A stretch of 64,000 bases of DNA, taken from Bdellovibrionota bacterium. Lineage in GTDB: Bacteria > Bdellovibrionota_C > UBA2361 > JAFLCA01. Of this stretch, positions 49,587 through 59,183 are shown one piece after another (the stretch's first letter is position 1; each line of letters opens with the position of its first letter). Under the pieces are notes generated by a model that ran no database searches, was not told where the DNA came from, and saw only the letters and a program-made list of their open reading frames with translations. The stretch is taken from positions 1,304-65,303 of the forward strand of contig JAYRHW010000283.1 of the NCBI GenBank assembly GCA_041907145.1. The letters run 5' to 3'. A program made the position numbers and the translations under genes.

Positions 49587-50814
49587 ACGTATCTGAGTGA
49601 ATTGCCTTAGGGCCTAACGTCATGCTCATAAAGCGATTTACCGGGAAGGCGTCTACATAGGCATCGATATCTTTAGCCTGAACAGCCTCGACGGCACTTA
49701 GAATTTCCTGCAGAGGACGCACTCGCCGGCCAAGCCACCAATCCGCTGCTGCAGATGCCGCACGTGAACCCGTAGATTCCTCACCGATGATAAGAGCTGC
49801 CTTGAGATTGGCTTTCGCGCGTGCCAATTCCTCAGCTGTCACCGTGCCGCGCAGTTTTCGAAGCTCCGCGACCATTACCTGCAGAGTTTCCTCGGCTCGC
49901 TCAGGCGTAGTACCTGCATAGGCCATGATAGCTCCCGCATGCTGGGTTGCAGAATGTCGAGCGTAAACACTGTAGCAAAGCCCTCGTTTTTCCCGAACTT
50001 CGATGAAGAGGCGACCAAACATTCCGCCTGATAGGACTCCCGTGGCAACCTTGGCAGCGTAAAAATGCTTTGTACCAAAGGCGGCTGAGGGGTACGCCAG
50101 TGCCATTTGCACCTGAGCAGATTCAAAGTCAATGTGATGCGCTGCTAATGTCGGCATAGCGCCAAACCTGGGAAGAGCCGGAGCTTCCCCCTTCCAGGCG
50201 CCAAAGTGCTTTTCAACGCTGCGTATGACTCGGTCGCTATTGACCTTTCCAGCAATCGCCAAGACCGAGCCCTGGGGCCTGATGCGGTGCTCCCACTGAG
50301 ACCTAAGATACGACGCAGTTGCAGATTTGATCCCCTCCTCAGTCCCCAGCGTCGACCGCCCCCATACCCCGGGGTAATACCGCTCTGCCAAGGAAGTCAT
50401 GACCCGGCGAGCAGGATTATCGATAAGAGACGCGAGGTCATGCAAGAAGACACCCTGGATGCTCTCAACTTCCTCCGCCGGAAGTAGTGGTTCGCGAACG
50501 ATTAAACCCACAAGTTCAAGGGCCCTGTCGAGCGCGTCCGCCAGGAGAGATCCTCGAAAAACAAATCTGTCGTACGATCCGCTTTCTCCATGAGAAATTC
50601 CAAGTCCATCAAATGCTTCCGACAGCTCCCGGGAATGATAAGATCCGGCCCCGCGACTCATAAGCTCGGCCAGCAAGAGACTTGTACCGACATGCCCCTC
50701 CTCGTCGCATACGACGCCGCCCGGCACGATCAAATCATATGCGGCCGATTCAGCCTGCGGAATTTCTTCAATGAGGAGCACTAAGCCATTGGAACAGGTA
50801 TGGGTCGTGAGCAT
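49570..50814 (-). CDS. M16-family peptidase (partner subunit)
   Basis: 414 aa M16 fold immediately upstream of the first M16 gene, overlapping it by 17 bp. A typical paired arrangement. Confidence 0.75.
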   Translation of the reverse strand: MLTTHTCSNGLVLLIEEIPQAESAAYDLIVPGGVVCDEEGHVGTSLLLAELMSRGAGSYHSRELSEAFDGLGISHGESGSYDRFVFRGSLLADALDRALELVGLIVREPLLPAEEVESIQGVFLHDLASLIDNPARRVMTSLAERYYPGVWGRSTLGTEEGIKSATASYLRSQWEHRIRPQGSVLAIAGKVNSDRVIRSVEKHFGAWKGEAPALPRFGAMPTLAAHHIDFESAQVQMALAYPSAAFGTKHFYAAKVATGVLSGGMFGRLFIEVREKRGLCYSVYARHSATQHAGAIMAYAGTTPERAEETLQVMVAELRKLRGTVTAEELARAKANLKAALIIGEESTGSRAASAAADWWLGRRVRPLQEILSAVEAVQAKDIDAYVDAFPVNRFMSMTLGPKAIHSDTFASVP

Positions 50815-50817
50815 TTC

Positions 50818-52146
50818 CTACTCTTTACAGATTTGAGCCAGTGTAACGGATTCGGCCTGTCCAGGCGAGACAAAGCTCTGAAATACTCTGCTAACCTCGG
50901 CCGGATAGTGCACGGATGCCCGACTTCCGAACAGCGCCTCCCGGATTTCCGAAATGGATAGCTTATCAGGGCTGCGCATGAGGGTGAGCGGCATATCGCG
51001 AGAGTCCCCGCGCAAAACGATATGAGCCCTCTCCAATGCGTCAATGGTGGGTTTGAGCACGACGGTACTGCAGCCAAGTGCTTCAGCGAGCTCGATGTCA
51101 TTGGGCAATTGGGCGCCGCGTTGGAAGGCCCGCGTAATAATGACCAACGACTGCACTGCCAGCAGCATCCTGGCATCTCCCACGCTCAGCACGGAGCGTT
51201 TCCAAACTTTGCCGTGATGAGGCAGGTATTGCGCCTGATACGACAGCTCGGCGCCAAAGAGCACTATCGTCCAGCCAATATAGAGCCAGAAGAGAGAAAT
51301 CGGTATCGCGGCTAAGGTTGTATAGATTGCGCTGTAGGAAGAAAATCGCACGATGTAAACTGCATATCCTTCCTTTGCGAGCCCGAACAGGATCGCCGTC
51401 ATCAGCGCACCAAAACAAGCAGAACTCAATTTAACGGGAGCCTTCGGCACCAGGTAAAAGAGCGAGACGAAGGCGAGGAAATCTATCAAAAACGGCAGCA
51501 ACGAGTTGTATATCCAAAGCCCCCCGCCGAATCCGGCCAGCATCGGCTCTACACGCGAGGAGCTGAAATAGTAAGCGGAGATTGCTAGTGCAGGCGCTAT
51601 CACCAGGATGGCGCAGAAAATAGCGATCCGATGGGCGATCGTTCGCGGTTCGTACACCTGCCAGACCTCATTGAGAATATATTCAATCGAGTTCATGAGC
51701 AGAATTGAGGTGATTACCAGGAAAAGGATTACAATCACATTGAAGGAAGAGAGGCGCTCGCTAAACGTGCTGAGATATGCAAGCGCGGTATCCACGCTAT
51801 TCACGTCTGGTACGAATTGCTTAAGGATGAATCGGCGCACCTCCGGTATATGTTCGCTCGAAACCGCGAAGGAAGCGAACATGCCGAAGGCCAGAGCCAT
51901 GAGCGGCACCAGGGATAGCAGTGTGGTATATGCGAGGGATGCAGCCTTGGAGAATCCGTTATCCCAATAGAAACGGTCTGCAGAAGAAATTATGACGCGG
52001 CACAGCCAGCGGAGTTCCCCCACTAGGCGCTGAGCGGAGCGCCTGGGGTCACTAACCATCTCACGTACTTCATCCTTGACGTCGCCAAGGCTTTTCGATG
52101 ACATACCTGCGTTTGACACCCCGTTATAACAAACGATTATCACCAA
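50818..52146 (-). CDS. YihY/BrkB-family membrane protein with C-terminal extension
   Basis: 442 aa with a polytopic core (AASLAYTTLLSLVPLMALAF ...) and a soluble C-terminal tail of about 100 aa. Confidence 0.7.
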   Translation of the reverse strand: MVIIVCYNGVSNAGMSSKSLGDVKDEVREMVSDPRRSAQRLVGELRWLCRVIISSADRFYWDNGFSKAASLAYTTLLSLVPLMALAFGMFASFAVSSEHIPEVRRFILKQFVPDVNSVDTALAYLSTFSERLSSFNVIVILFLVITSILLMNSIEYILNEVWQVYEPRTIAHRIAIFCAILVIAPALAISAYYFSSSRVEPMLAGFGGGLWIYNSLLPFLIDFLAFVSLFYLVPKAPVKLSSACFGALMTAILFGLAKEGYAVYIVRFSSYSAIYTTLAAIPISLFWLYIGWTIVLFGAELSYQAQYLPHHGKVWKRSVLSVGDARMLLAVQSLVIITRAFQRGAQLPNDIELAEALGCSTVVLKPTIDALERAHIVLRGDSRDMPLTLMRSPDKLSISEIREALFGSRASVHYPAEVSRVFQSFVSPGQAESVTLAQICKE

Positions 52147-52249
52147 AAGCTCAAGAGAGCACTCAGCGAAAAACGTTGTTTCCAGACATTAGCCCGGAAG
52201 TTCTATGATAGGATGACGGTCTAGGTCAGATTACTGCACGGATTCGACT

Positions 52250-52546
52250 ATGGCTTATTTTTGCGCCCATTGCGCCAAAGAACTTTCGCTGACGACCGGC
52301 CAGAAGGTTGGAAGGCGAGAGTCCTGCCCACATTGCGATGGAGATCTGCACTGCTGCAAGAATTGCTCTCACTTCGACGATAAAGCCTACAATCAGTGCA
52401 AGGAACCACAGGCGGACCGCGTACTCGAGAAGAACCGCTCGAATTATTGCGACTATTTTCAGTTTCGCGATGGCGCCCTCGCGAAGAGCGGGGATCTTGC
52501 TAAGAGCAAGGCACTGCAGGACCTGGATTCCCTATTCAAAAAGTAA
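52250..52546 (+). CDS. small Cys-rich (zinc-ribbon-like) protein
   Basis: 98 aa with CxxC...CxxC...CCxxC plus two more Cys residues. It is convergent with the sigma-54 activator; the two stops are 2 bp apart. Confidence 0.5.
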   Translation: MAYFCAHCAKELSLTTGQKVGRRESCPHCDGDLHCCKNCSHFDDKAYNQCKEPQADRVLEKNRSNYCDYFQFRDGALAKSGDLAKSKALQDLDSLFKK

Positions 52547-52547
52547 C

Positions 52548-53975
52548 CTACTCTTCGGAGTTCTCACTCTGACTGTTCGCTACTTCCGGCCTGTCACTTA
52601 TACCGAGCTTATCCATCTTATATTTTAATATCCGGCGGCTAATCCCAAGCAACTCGGCAGCACGCGTCTGTACGAAGTTCGTCTTGCGCAGAGCCTTGAG
52701 AATCATCTCGCTCTCGAACATCTTCTCCGCTTCCTCGAATTTCATTGAATCGTCGAACGCCGGCGCCTTGAACCCTTCTAAGCTGCTTCGTGCCTTCAGC
52801 TTGCGCGGAAGATCGGCGTCCGTCACTTGCTCCTGCGGCGACAAAGCCATGAGGCTCTCGATTACGTTCTCGAGTTCCCGCACATTACCCGGCCAATCAT
52901 ACTGAACGAGAATGTTCATGGCCTCAGGCGATAGCTGCAGCTTCTTCCCCCCGTAAACCGGGGAGAACTTCTGGAGAAAATGCTCAACCAGAGATGGTAT
53001 ATCCTCGTAGCGATCGCGTAGCGGCGGCAGATTTACGCCGATAACATTGATGCGATAGTAGAGGTCCTGTCTGAACATCTTGGACTTTATCAATTCCTCT
53101 AGATTCTTGTTTGTAGCTGCGATAATGCGCACATCCACTTTAATCGGCTTCGAGCGACCTACTCTATAAAACTCCTGCTCCTGCAGGAAGCGCAGCATCT
53201 TTACCTGAACCGGCAGGCTCAATTCTCCAATCTCATCGAGGAACAACGTTCCTCCATCCGCCAACTCGCAGTGGCCGATGCGGCGTTCCACGGCGTGTGT
53301 AAATGCTCCGCGTTCATGACCGAATAACTCCGACTCGATCAAAGTCTCGGGTATGGCAGCACAGTTGAGCGCGATGAAGGGTTTGTTCTTTCGCGGGCTC
53401 AGCTCATGTATCTGGCGCGCAATCAGCTCTTTGCCGGTGCCCGACTCCCCTGTAATGAGCACCGTTGTGTCACGCTCCGCGACTTGACGAACCTTTTGAA
53501 ATAACTCGCTCATGCCGCCGCACTTGCCGACCATCGGCCCGAAATCAGCTGCCGGCGCCGGAATATGGCGCCCAGAGTTCTCCGCGCCCGCTGTGAGTCG
53601 CACGTCTGCGTTCGACAGCGTTCCGATGATCAGGGTAGTCAGCTCCTCCACTTCGAAGGGCTTGCTCAAATAATCCACTGCGCCCCACTTCATCGCCTGC
53701 ACCGCTGTCTTAACCGTATTCGTCGCCGTCAGCATGATGACCGGAGCTTCGATACTGCGCTCCTTGAGCTGCTTGAGGGTCTGCATGCCATCGAGATTCG
53801 GCATGAGAACATCGAGTAGTATAAGATCTGGTTTGATATCGTCGATAACGCTCAAAGCCTGCTGACCGTCCTCGGCTGTATGAACGTCAAAGCTGCTCTT
53901 TAGGAGCAGGCGCAGTGAATCGCGCACCCCTGCCTCGTCGTCGACTATCAGCACGCGCTTTCTAGGCTCTAACAT
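52548..53975 (-). CDS. sigma-54-dependent response regulator (NtrC family)
   Basis: REC (VLIVDDEAGVRD ... LLDVLMPNLDG), an AAA+ sigma-54 domain (GESGTGKELIARQIH, GAFTHA loop, WPGNVRELEN) and an HTH. The ORF-track start at 54023 is probably too far upstream. MLEPRKR at 53975 is more likely. Confidence 0.9.
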   Translation of the reverse strand: MLEPRKRVLIVDDEAGVRDSLRLLLKSSFDVHTAEDGQQALSVIDDIKPDLILLDVLMPNLDGMQTLKQLKERSIEAPVIMLTATNTVKTAVQAMKWGAVDYLSKPFEVEELTTLIIGTLSNADVRLTAGAENSGRHIPAPAADFGPMVGKCGGMSELFQKVRQVAERDTTVLITGESGTGKELIARQIHELSPRKNKPFIALNCAAIPETLIESELFGHERGAFTHAVERRIGHCELADGGTLFLDEIGELSLPVQVKMLRFLQEQEFYRVGRSKPIKVDVRIIAATNKNLEELIKSKMFRQDLYYRINVIGVNLPPLRDRYEDIPSLVEHFLQKFSPVYGGKKLQLSPEAMNILVQYDWPGNVRELENVIESLMALSPQEQVTDADLPRKLKARSSLEGFKAPAFDDSMKFEEAEKMFESEMILKALRKTNFVQTRAAELLGISRRILKYKMDKLGISDRPEVANSQSENSEE

Positions 53976-54192
53976 AAGAATCCACCGTCCCGGCCAACAC
54001 TTTTTCCTCAAAGTAAGATGCAATTTTGAACAGCTCGGTCACCCCGTACTTACAAAAAATGTGCGTTGCGGCGAGCCTAACCCTGTTCACCCTAGGGAAT
54101 ATAGGAAATTCAGCCACTTAGAAAGGGCCAATTTGGGCGGATGTCGGTCAATTTTGCACAGACGCAGGCGCTACCTAAGGCCTGGCAGCCCT

Positions 54193-54221
54193 TTGTGGCG
54201 CTTCGCATCAACCCGTATAAT
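54193..54221 (+). promoter_or_regulatory. candidate sigma-70 promoter for the TPR gene
   Basis: -35-like TTGTGG (54193-54198), a 17-bp spacer, then a perfect -10 TATAAT (54216-54221), 26 nt upstream of the ATG at 54248. Confidence 0.35.
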
Positions 54222-54247
54222 GCGGCGGCGACATTTTAGCGTGGAGC

Positions 54248-55123
54248 ATGATGAACTACTTTTCCTTCGCCATTGGCATTCCGGTACTTGTGCTGACTTT
54301 CACTGCGACAACCTCCCAAGCCCAGTACCTGCCCCCGGCGCCAAAGATTCAGACCTGGAGTAGTGGGAAACTTTCAGCACTCCACGATGATGAAGCTGCA
54401 TTGATTCGACAGGGATTCACTCACGCCGCCGACAACAGGCCCGCGGATGCCGCCTCCAGTTTCGAGCAGGCGCTCAAGCTTCGCCCCAGCAATTCCGATA
54501 CGCTTTTTCTGTTGGCGCTCGCCCAGGAGAGCAGCAACAAGCCGGACCAAGCAGTCCAGACCTTGGATGAGTCGTTATGGTTCTCGAAGCACTCCTTGAT
54601 CCCAGCCGCAGAGGTGTTGACTGAAAAGGCACGCTTGCTCGTCTCGCGAGGAGAATTCGCCAAGGCTCAGCCTATTGCAGCTCAGGCGCTAGCTGCCGTT
54701 CCTCAGTCCGTTCGAGCACGCTGCGTGGCGAGCGCCGCCGCCGCGGGCCTGGGCAATCGCGGCGACTCGATCCGAATACTCCGAGAGACCCCTGCCCCGA
54801 TGAACACGAGTGAGGAAATTCGATTTGCTCTGGCGCGCGCGCTTTTGCTTGGCAGCAACCGCTCGTTGAATCAGAGCGAAATCGAGGAGGCTCGGGGAAT
54901 CTTATCCACTCTTAACAGCACGGAAACGAGCAGCCTCGAACCAAAGCAGGTCGCACAGGAGTATATCCGGTCTCTCATCGCAGTTGGGAAAGTTGACTCA
55001 GCATCGGTGGAGCTGCAGCGAGCCATGAAACTCTATCCGGCGGATTCTGACCTTGCCGCGCTTGAGCGTCAGCTGGACATTGAAAAATCTGCACACTCAG
55101 AACCGACCCCCGCAAGCTCCTAG
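54248..55123 (+). CDS. secreted TPR-repeat protein
   Basis: 291 aa with a signal peptide (LVLTFTATTSQAQ) followed by TPR-like helical repeats. Confidence 0.7.
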   Translation: MMNYFSFAIGIPVLVLTFTATTSQAQYLPPAPKIQTWSSGKLSALHDDEAALIRQGFTHAADNRPADAASSFEQALKLRPSNSDTLFLLALAQESSNKPDQAVQTLDESLWFSKHSLIPAAEVLTEKARLLVSRGEFAKAQPIAAQALAAVPQSVRARCVASAAAAGLGNRGDSIRILRETPAPMNTSEEIRFALARALLLGSNRSLNQSEIEEARGILSTLNSTETSSLEPKQVAQEYIRSLIAVGKVDSASVELQRAMKLYPADSDLAALERQLDIEKSAHSEPTPASS

Positions 55124-55170
55124 CCGTATCGCTACAGCGAGCGCAGCGGGAATGCGCCATGCCGGTATTT

Positions 55171-55935
55171 CTATCCAGCGCTGGCCGACCCGAAGTAGAT
55201 TTCCTGCAGCATTTCATGCTGCCGAACCCGCTCTGGGGTGTCGTCGAGCACAACCTTTCCGATATCGAGCACGATGATACGGCTGCAGAATTTCTGAATG
55301 AAATTGATATCGTGCTCGATAACGAGCACCGTCTTTTGCAGTGATTTCAGTTTCCGAATGATGCCGGCAACGTCCTCCTTCATCTTCGGAGACACGCCCG
55401 CCGTCGGCTCATCAAGCAAGAACAAGTCAGCCCCGAACGCCAGCGTACGCACAATCTCGAGCAATCGCATCTGTCCGCCCGATAGACTTGAGGCGCGCTT
55501 ATGTTCGTGAGATTCTAGTCCGACTTCGCTCAGGTACTCTCTTGCCTTCTCTCGGTTCAGCCTATTCTGAGCAGCCCATGGGAACAGCGTGGACCGCAAA
55601 GGCTGTCGGCTTTCAAGCGCAGTAACGATATTGTCCAGCACGCTCATCTCGCGGAAGACGCCAAAGTTCTGGAATACCCTACCCAACCCGAGCCCCGCGC
55701 GTCTAAACGGCGGCATGCGGGTAATCTCCTCGCCCTTGAAATGGATGACTCCGGAGTTTGGGAAATTAAATCCGCTCAGGCAATTAAAAAGCGTAGTCTT
55801 CCCACTGCCGTTCGGCCCAATAATACCGACCGTCTCCCCAGCGGCCACCCGCAAGGAAACTCCCGCGAGGATCTGAGCCCCCTTGATACTAAAAGTAATT
55901 TCCCGAACGTCGAGCATGGGCATCGCGTTGTTCAT
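55171..55935 (-). CDS. branched-chain-amino-acid-type ABC transporter ATP-binding protein (LivG-like)
   Basis: 254 aa with Walker A (GPNGSGKTT), the LSGGQ signature and Walker B (LLLDEP). Confidence 0.8.
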   Translation of the reverse strand: MNNAMPMLDVREITFSIKGAQILAGVSLRVAAGETVGIIGPNGSGKTTLFNCLSGFNFPNSGVIHFKGEEITRMPPFRRAGLGLGRVFQNFGVFREMSVLDNIVTALESRQPLRSTLFPWAAQNRLNREKAREYLSEVGLESHEHKRASSLSGGQMRLLEIVRTLAFGADLFLLDEPTAGVSPKMKEDVAGIIRKLKSLQKTVLVIEHDINFIQKFCSRIIVLDIGKVVLDDTPERVRQHEMLQEIYFGSASAG

Positions 55936-56801
55936 ACCGTCCTCTCCACTGGAAAGAGGGTCTCTCGCTTCCAGTACACGACTCCAAACTGTATCAAGGC
56001 GTAGAGCATTTGCCTCATAGGGCCGAGAATGTCCGGTCGAATATCCAGAAACCTAAGAGGCTCAGGCAACAGCACCAGGAATATTGTTGATGCTGTTACG
56101 CCCCAAAATGAGCCGGGCTTGCCCACTACGATAATCGTCAAAACAAAAACCATCTCGGTAAGAGAGAATGAGGATGGATCAATGTAGTTGATATAGTAGG
56201 CAAAGAAAGCTCCCGCGAGCCCGGCAAAGGCCGAGGACACGAAAAAGCTCAGGTTGCGGAGCTCTTGGGTGTTTCTCCCCAATGCCTGACACGCTTGATC
56301 GAATTCCGCTTGTGCGCGCAACGATCGGCTCATGCCATTTCTAAATAGAATGAAGAGCACGCACTGCGACAGCAGCGCAAAGACGGCAATCAGGATCAGA
56401 AAATTCTTATTATCCGAGAAGTCTACTCCCCAGAGCTCGGGTCGGGGGATTCCTGGAACTCCTAGAACACCGCGAGTCAAAGACTTCCAATTTATCAACA
56501 ACGCAGAAACGACGGAGCTAAAGGCTAACGTCCCTATAGCAAAGTAATCCTGCTCCAGGCGTAGAGAGATGCCCCCAATAAGCAGCGCAAACAATCCACT
56601 CAGAAGCATGCTTGCCGCGATACATTCGAGGAATGGAACCTGCAGCTCAGTCGACAAGAGTGCGCTGGTGTAGGCACCTATGGCGTAGCCAGCTACGTGA
56701 GCCAAATTGAAGAGCCGTCCCAATCCGAAGGTAAGATTGAAGCTCTGGGCCAAGATCAAATAGATGCAAATGAGAATGAGAAGATGAATGTAATAATCCA
56801 T
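55932..56801 (-). CDS. ABC transporter permease (LivM-like)
   Basis: Polytopic HAAT-family permease. The start is moved to MDYYIHLL at 56801, which overlaps the livH stop. The 349-aa ORF-track call overlaps livH. Confidence 0.75.
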   Translation of the reverse strand: MDYYIHLLILICIYLILAQSFNLTFGLGRLFNLAHVAGYAIGAYTSALLSTELQVPFLECIAASMLLSGLFALLIGGISLRLEQDYFAIGTLAFSSVVSALLINWKSLTRGVLGVPGIPRPELWGVDFSDNKNFLILIAVFALLSQCVLFILFRNGMSRSLRAQAEFDQACQALGRNTQELRNLSFFVSSAFAGLAGAFFAYYINYIDPSSFSLTEMVFVLTIIVVGKPGSFWGVTASTIFLVLLPEPLRFLDIRPDILGPMRQMLYALIQFGVVYWKRETLFPVERTV

Positions 56802-57727
56802 CAGGCCACTCTGCCCTTTACCGCAAACAGCCCCTGCGGACGAATGAGCAGAACGAGCAATATGATGACAAAGGCAAACGCATCCTTGTACCCAGCTGGA
56901 ATACTGTACGAGCCGAAATCGAGCCCAATACTCAGGTTTTCGACTAGTCCCAAAAGGTAGGACCCCAGAACCGTTCCCCAAATATTTCCGAGTCCGCCAA
57001 GAATCATGGCGGCAAAAGCCTTAATGGTATAGGCGTTGCCCATGGTCGGCTGCAAGTTGGTTTCATAACCGACCAGCACCCCGGCATAGGCTGCAAGAAC
57101 GCAGCCCACGACGAAGCATATATATTGCGCTCGCTGACTGCTGAGGCCCAAGGACTCGGCGCCCGATGCGAACTCCGAAACTGCCCGAACCCTCCGGCCA
57201 AGAGACGTCGAATGTATGACAAGCGCCAGGAATGACAACAACAACAATGCGCTGGCAATGATAACGATCTGAACCGGGGTGATATAAACTCCGGCGACTT
57301 CATAGCTCGTTATTTCCATCCCAACACTAAGCGATTTGACATTCACGCCGAATGCCATAGAAATGCTCGATTCCAGAATGATGGAGAGGGCCAAGGTGGT
57401 CACGAAAGCCAGGAAAAAACTATAACGAGAAAAAGGAAGAATGAATAATTTCAGGCTTCCGACTGCCAGCACTATCGTCCCACCGATGGTGATGAGCGCG
57501 GAGCTTATTAATCCCAAACCGCGATCAATGGCCGCCCAATAGAAGAGATACGCGCCCACCATCATCAAATGACCGTGCGCGAAGTTGAGAATGCGCAACA
57601 ATCCGTATGTAAGAGAGAGGCCCGCGCTTGCTAGCGCATAAATGCTGCCTGCAATGAGCGCATTTACCAGAAGCTGGGGCAAAATCTCCATGCCGCAAAT
57701 TGTAGTGAAGGAACCGGGCTCTGGCAA
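56801..57727 (-). CDS. ABC transporter permease (LivH-like)
   Basis: 308 aa HAAT-family permease with about 8 TM helices. Confidence 0.8.
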   Translation of the reverse strand: MPEPGSFTTICGMEILPQLLVNALIAGSIYALASAGLSLTYGLLRILNFAHGHLMMVGAYLFYWAAIDRGLGLISSALITIGGTIVLAVGSLKLFILPFSRYSFFLAFVTTLALSIILESSISMAFGVNVKSLSVGMEITSYEVAGVYITPVQIVIIASALLLLSFLALVIHSTSLGRRVRAVSEFASGAESLGLSSQRAQYICFVVGCVLAAYAGVLVGYETNLQPTMGNAYTIKAFAAMILGGLGNIWGTVLGSYLLGLVENLSIGLDFGSYSIPAGYKDAFAFVIILLVLLIRPQGLFAVKGRVA

Positions 57728-57742
57728 GTTCTGGAGAGAACT

Positions 57743-59014
57743 CTAGTAATTGTCGATATCCTTCCAAGCCTGCTCGCGGCGTATGCGATCGGGATCATCC
57801 ACGATACCGCCTAACACGATACGACCGAGACGGGCGAAAATCTCATCGATCGGCGTATTCTTGGCGTCCGGGAAAAGAGGATCGAGAAAATCAGGGTGGA
57901 ATCGCATCATGTGTTCCAAGACCGCACGATCATGTTCTGACTTGGCTAAGGTGGCCCATATATGCCGCCCTATCGCACCAAAGTCCATAATTCCCCATTC
58001 GAGCATCTTCGCGATGTACTGACCCGCAGAGAGCAATTCCTCGGGAGCCGGCGGACGCTCGAAGGCGTAAGACCCTCCGCTGTTTCGCATGCGGTCCGCG
58101 ATGCTCACGACATTCGATACGATTTGCGGATGGCAGTGTCCGGAAAGGATCTTTCGCTCCAGCGTTGAATCCAGATACGTAAGCTTGATTGGATGAACGC
58201 GGCGAAGCAACGCTTCATCCAGCGTGCGGTTCCAGTTCTTGGTGAAGATCATGAGAAGATTGTCGACATTCGCATCAATCGGCGGGCGCGATTCGAGCCA
58301 GATGCGAGCGTCCTGGATCGGACCAAGGAAGAAGGTATCAATGGAGCCGTCCGGTTTATCGAGCTCATCGATAAGTAATATGACGGGCTTCTTTTGCGAC
58401 GCTAAATAGGCACGCGACAGAATCCCAAGATTCATTAGATCCTCGCCCTTTCCTTCGAGCTTTCCGACCATGGCATTCGCCATGGCCAGTGTTGATGGTG
58501 CCTCTATCAGATTCTGTGTCGGCATGCCGCGATAGCAGCTCAAGCACATCAATTCTGCACCGCTGATCTTGGCTAGGCTTTTCGCGAAGAAGCTCTTACC
58601 ACAGCCCGAGGGGCCCTCGAGCAATAACGCCTTGATGCGCGAGCTCTTGGTATTGAGCAGCAGCGCCACTTGAATAGCCAGAAACGGAAGGCACTGGTAT
58701 CCCACGGTGGACAGCTTCTCGGCCAGCTGCTGAGGATTACCAAGGAATGAAAATCCCGGCTTCTCTACTTTAAGATTGGATACGAACTGGGCATTGACGG
58801 CTCCAAGTCCGTCGTCGGTAGCAACGTGGGGTTGGGGCGCGATTGGGCCGCTCCTAGGTGGGATTTGCTTCTCTGCGATACTAGGCTTATCCGCGGGAGG
58901 CTTCAGCGCGGCGGCCTGCGGCTTCGGCGTAATTTGCAGTTCCACCCTAGGTCGATTCGGCATCACCCGTGAACTCTTCGATACGCTGGGTTCAGTTCTG
59001 CGCTTAGGAATCAT
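57743..59014 (-). CDS. AAA+ ATPase (MoxR/AAA_5-like) with Pro-rich disordered N-terminus
   Basis: Walker A LLLEGPSGCGKS, Walker B ILLIDELD, and a sensor/Arg region ALLRRV. The first 100 aa are P/A/K-rich. It sits immediately upstream of livHMG. Confidence 0.6.
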   Translation of the reverse strand: MIPKRRTEPSVSKSSRVMPNRPRVELQITPKPQAAALKPPADKPSIAEKQIPPRSGPIAPQPHVATDDGLGAVNAQFVSNLKVEKPGFSFLGNPQQLAEKLSTVGYQCLPFLAIQVALLLNTKSSRIKALLLEGPSGCGKSFFAKSLAKISGAELMCLSCYRGMPTQNLIEAPSTLAMANAMVGKLEGKGEDLMNLGILSRAYLASQKKPVILLIDELDKPDGSIDTFFLGPIQDARIWLESRPPIDANVDNLLMIFTKNWNRTLDEALLRRVHPIKLTYLDSTLERKILSGHCHPQIVSNVVSIADRMRNSGGSYAFERPPAPEELLSAGQYIAKMLEWGIMDFGAIGRHIWATLAKSEHDRAVLEHMMRFHPDFLDPLFPDAKNTPIDEIFARLGRIVLGGIVDDPDRIRREQAWKDIDNY

Positions 59015-59183
59015 GCTGCCCTTTGTCTAAAACCCCTCGAGGCCTGCGTAATAAGTGACTGAAATTACACGACTAAGTCCCAGCCACCGGCCTCTATTTT
59101 GCATCTACCAAGAGTTATGGAGTTGCGGGTGAAAAAGTGGCTTAACTCGGCATCTTAGCGCAACTAAGCTGACCGAATTTGCT

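Noticed and set aside
56801-56981. 181-bp overlap between the LivH-like and LivM-like ORF calls
   Set aside because: This is an artefact of the longest-ORF start choice. The LivM start was moved to the conserved MDYYIHLL Met at 56801, which gives a normal ATGA-type junction.
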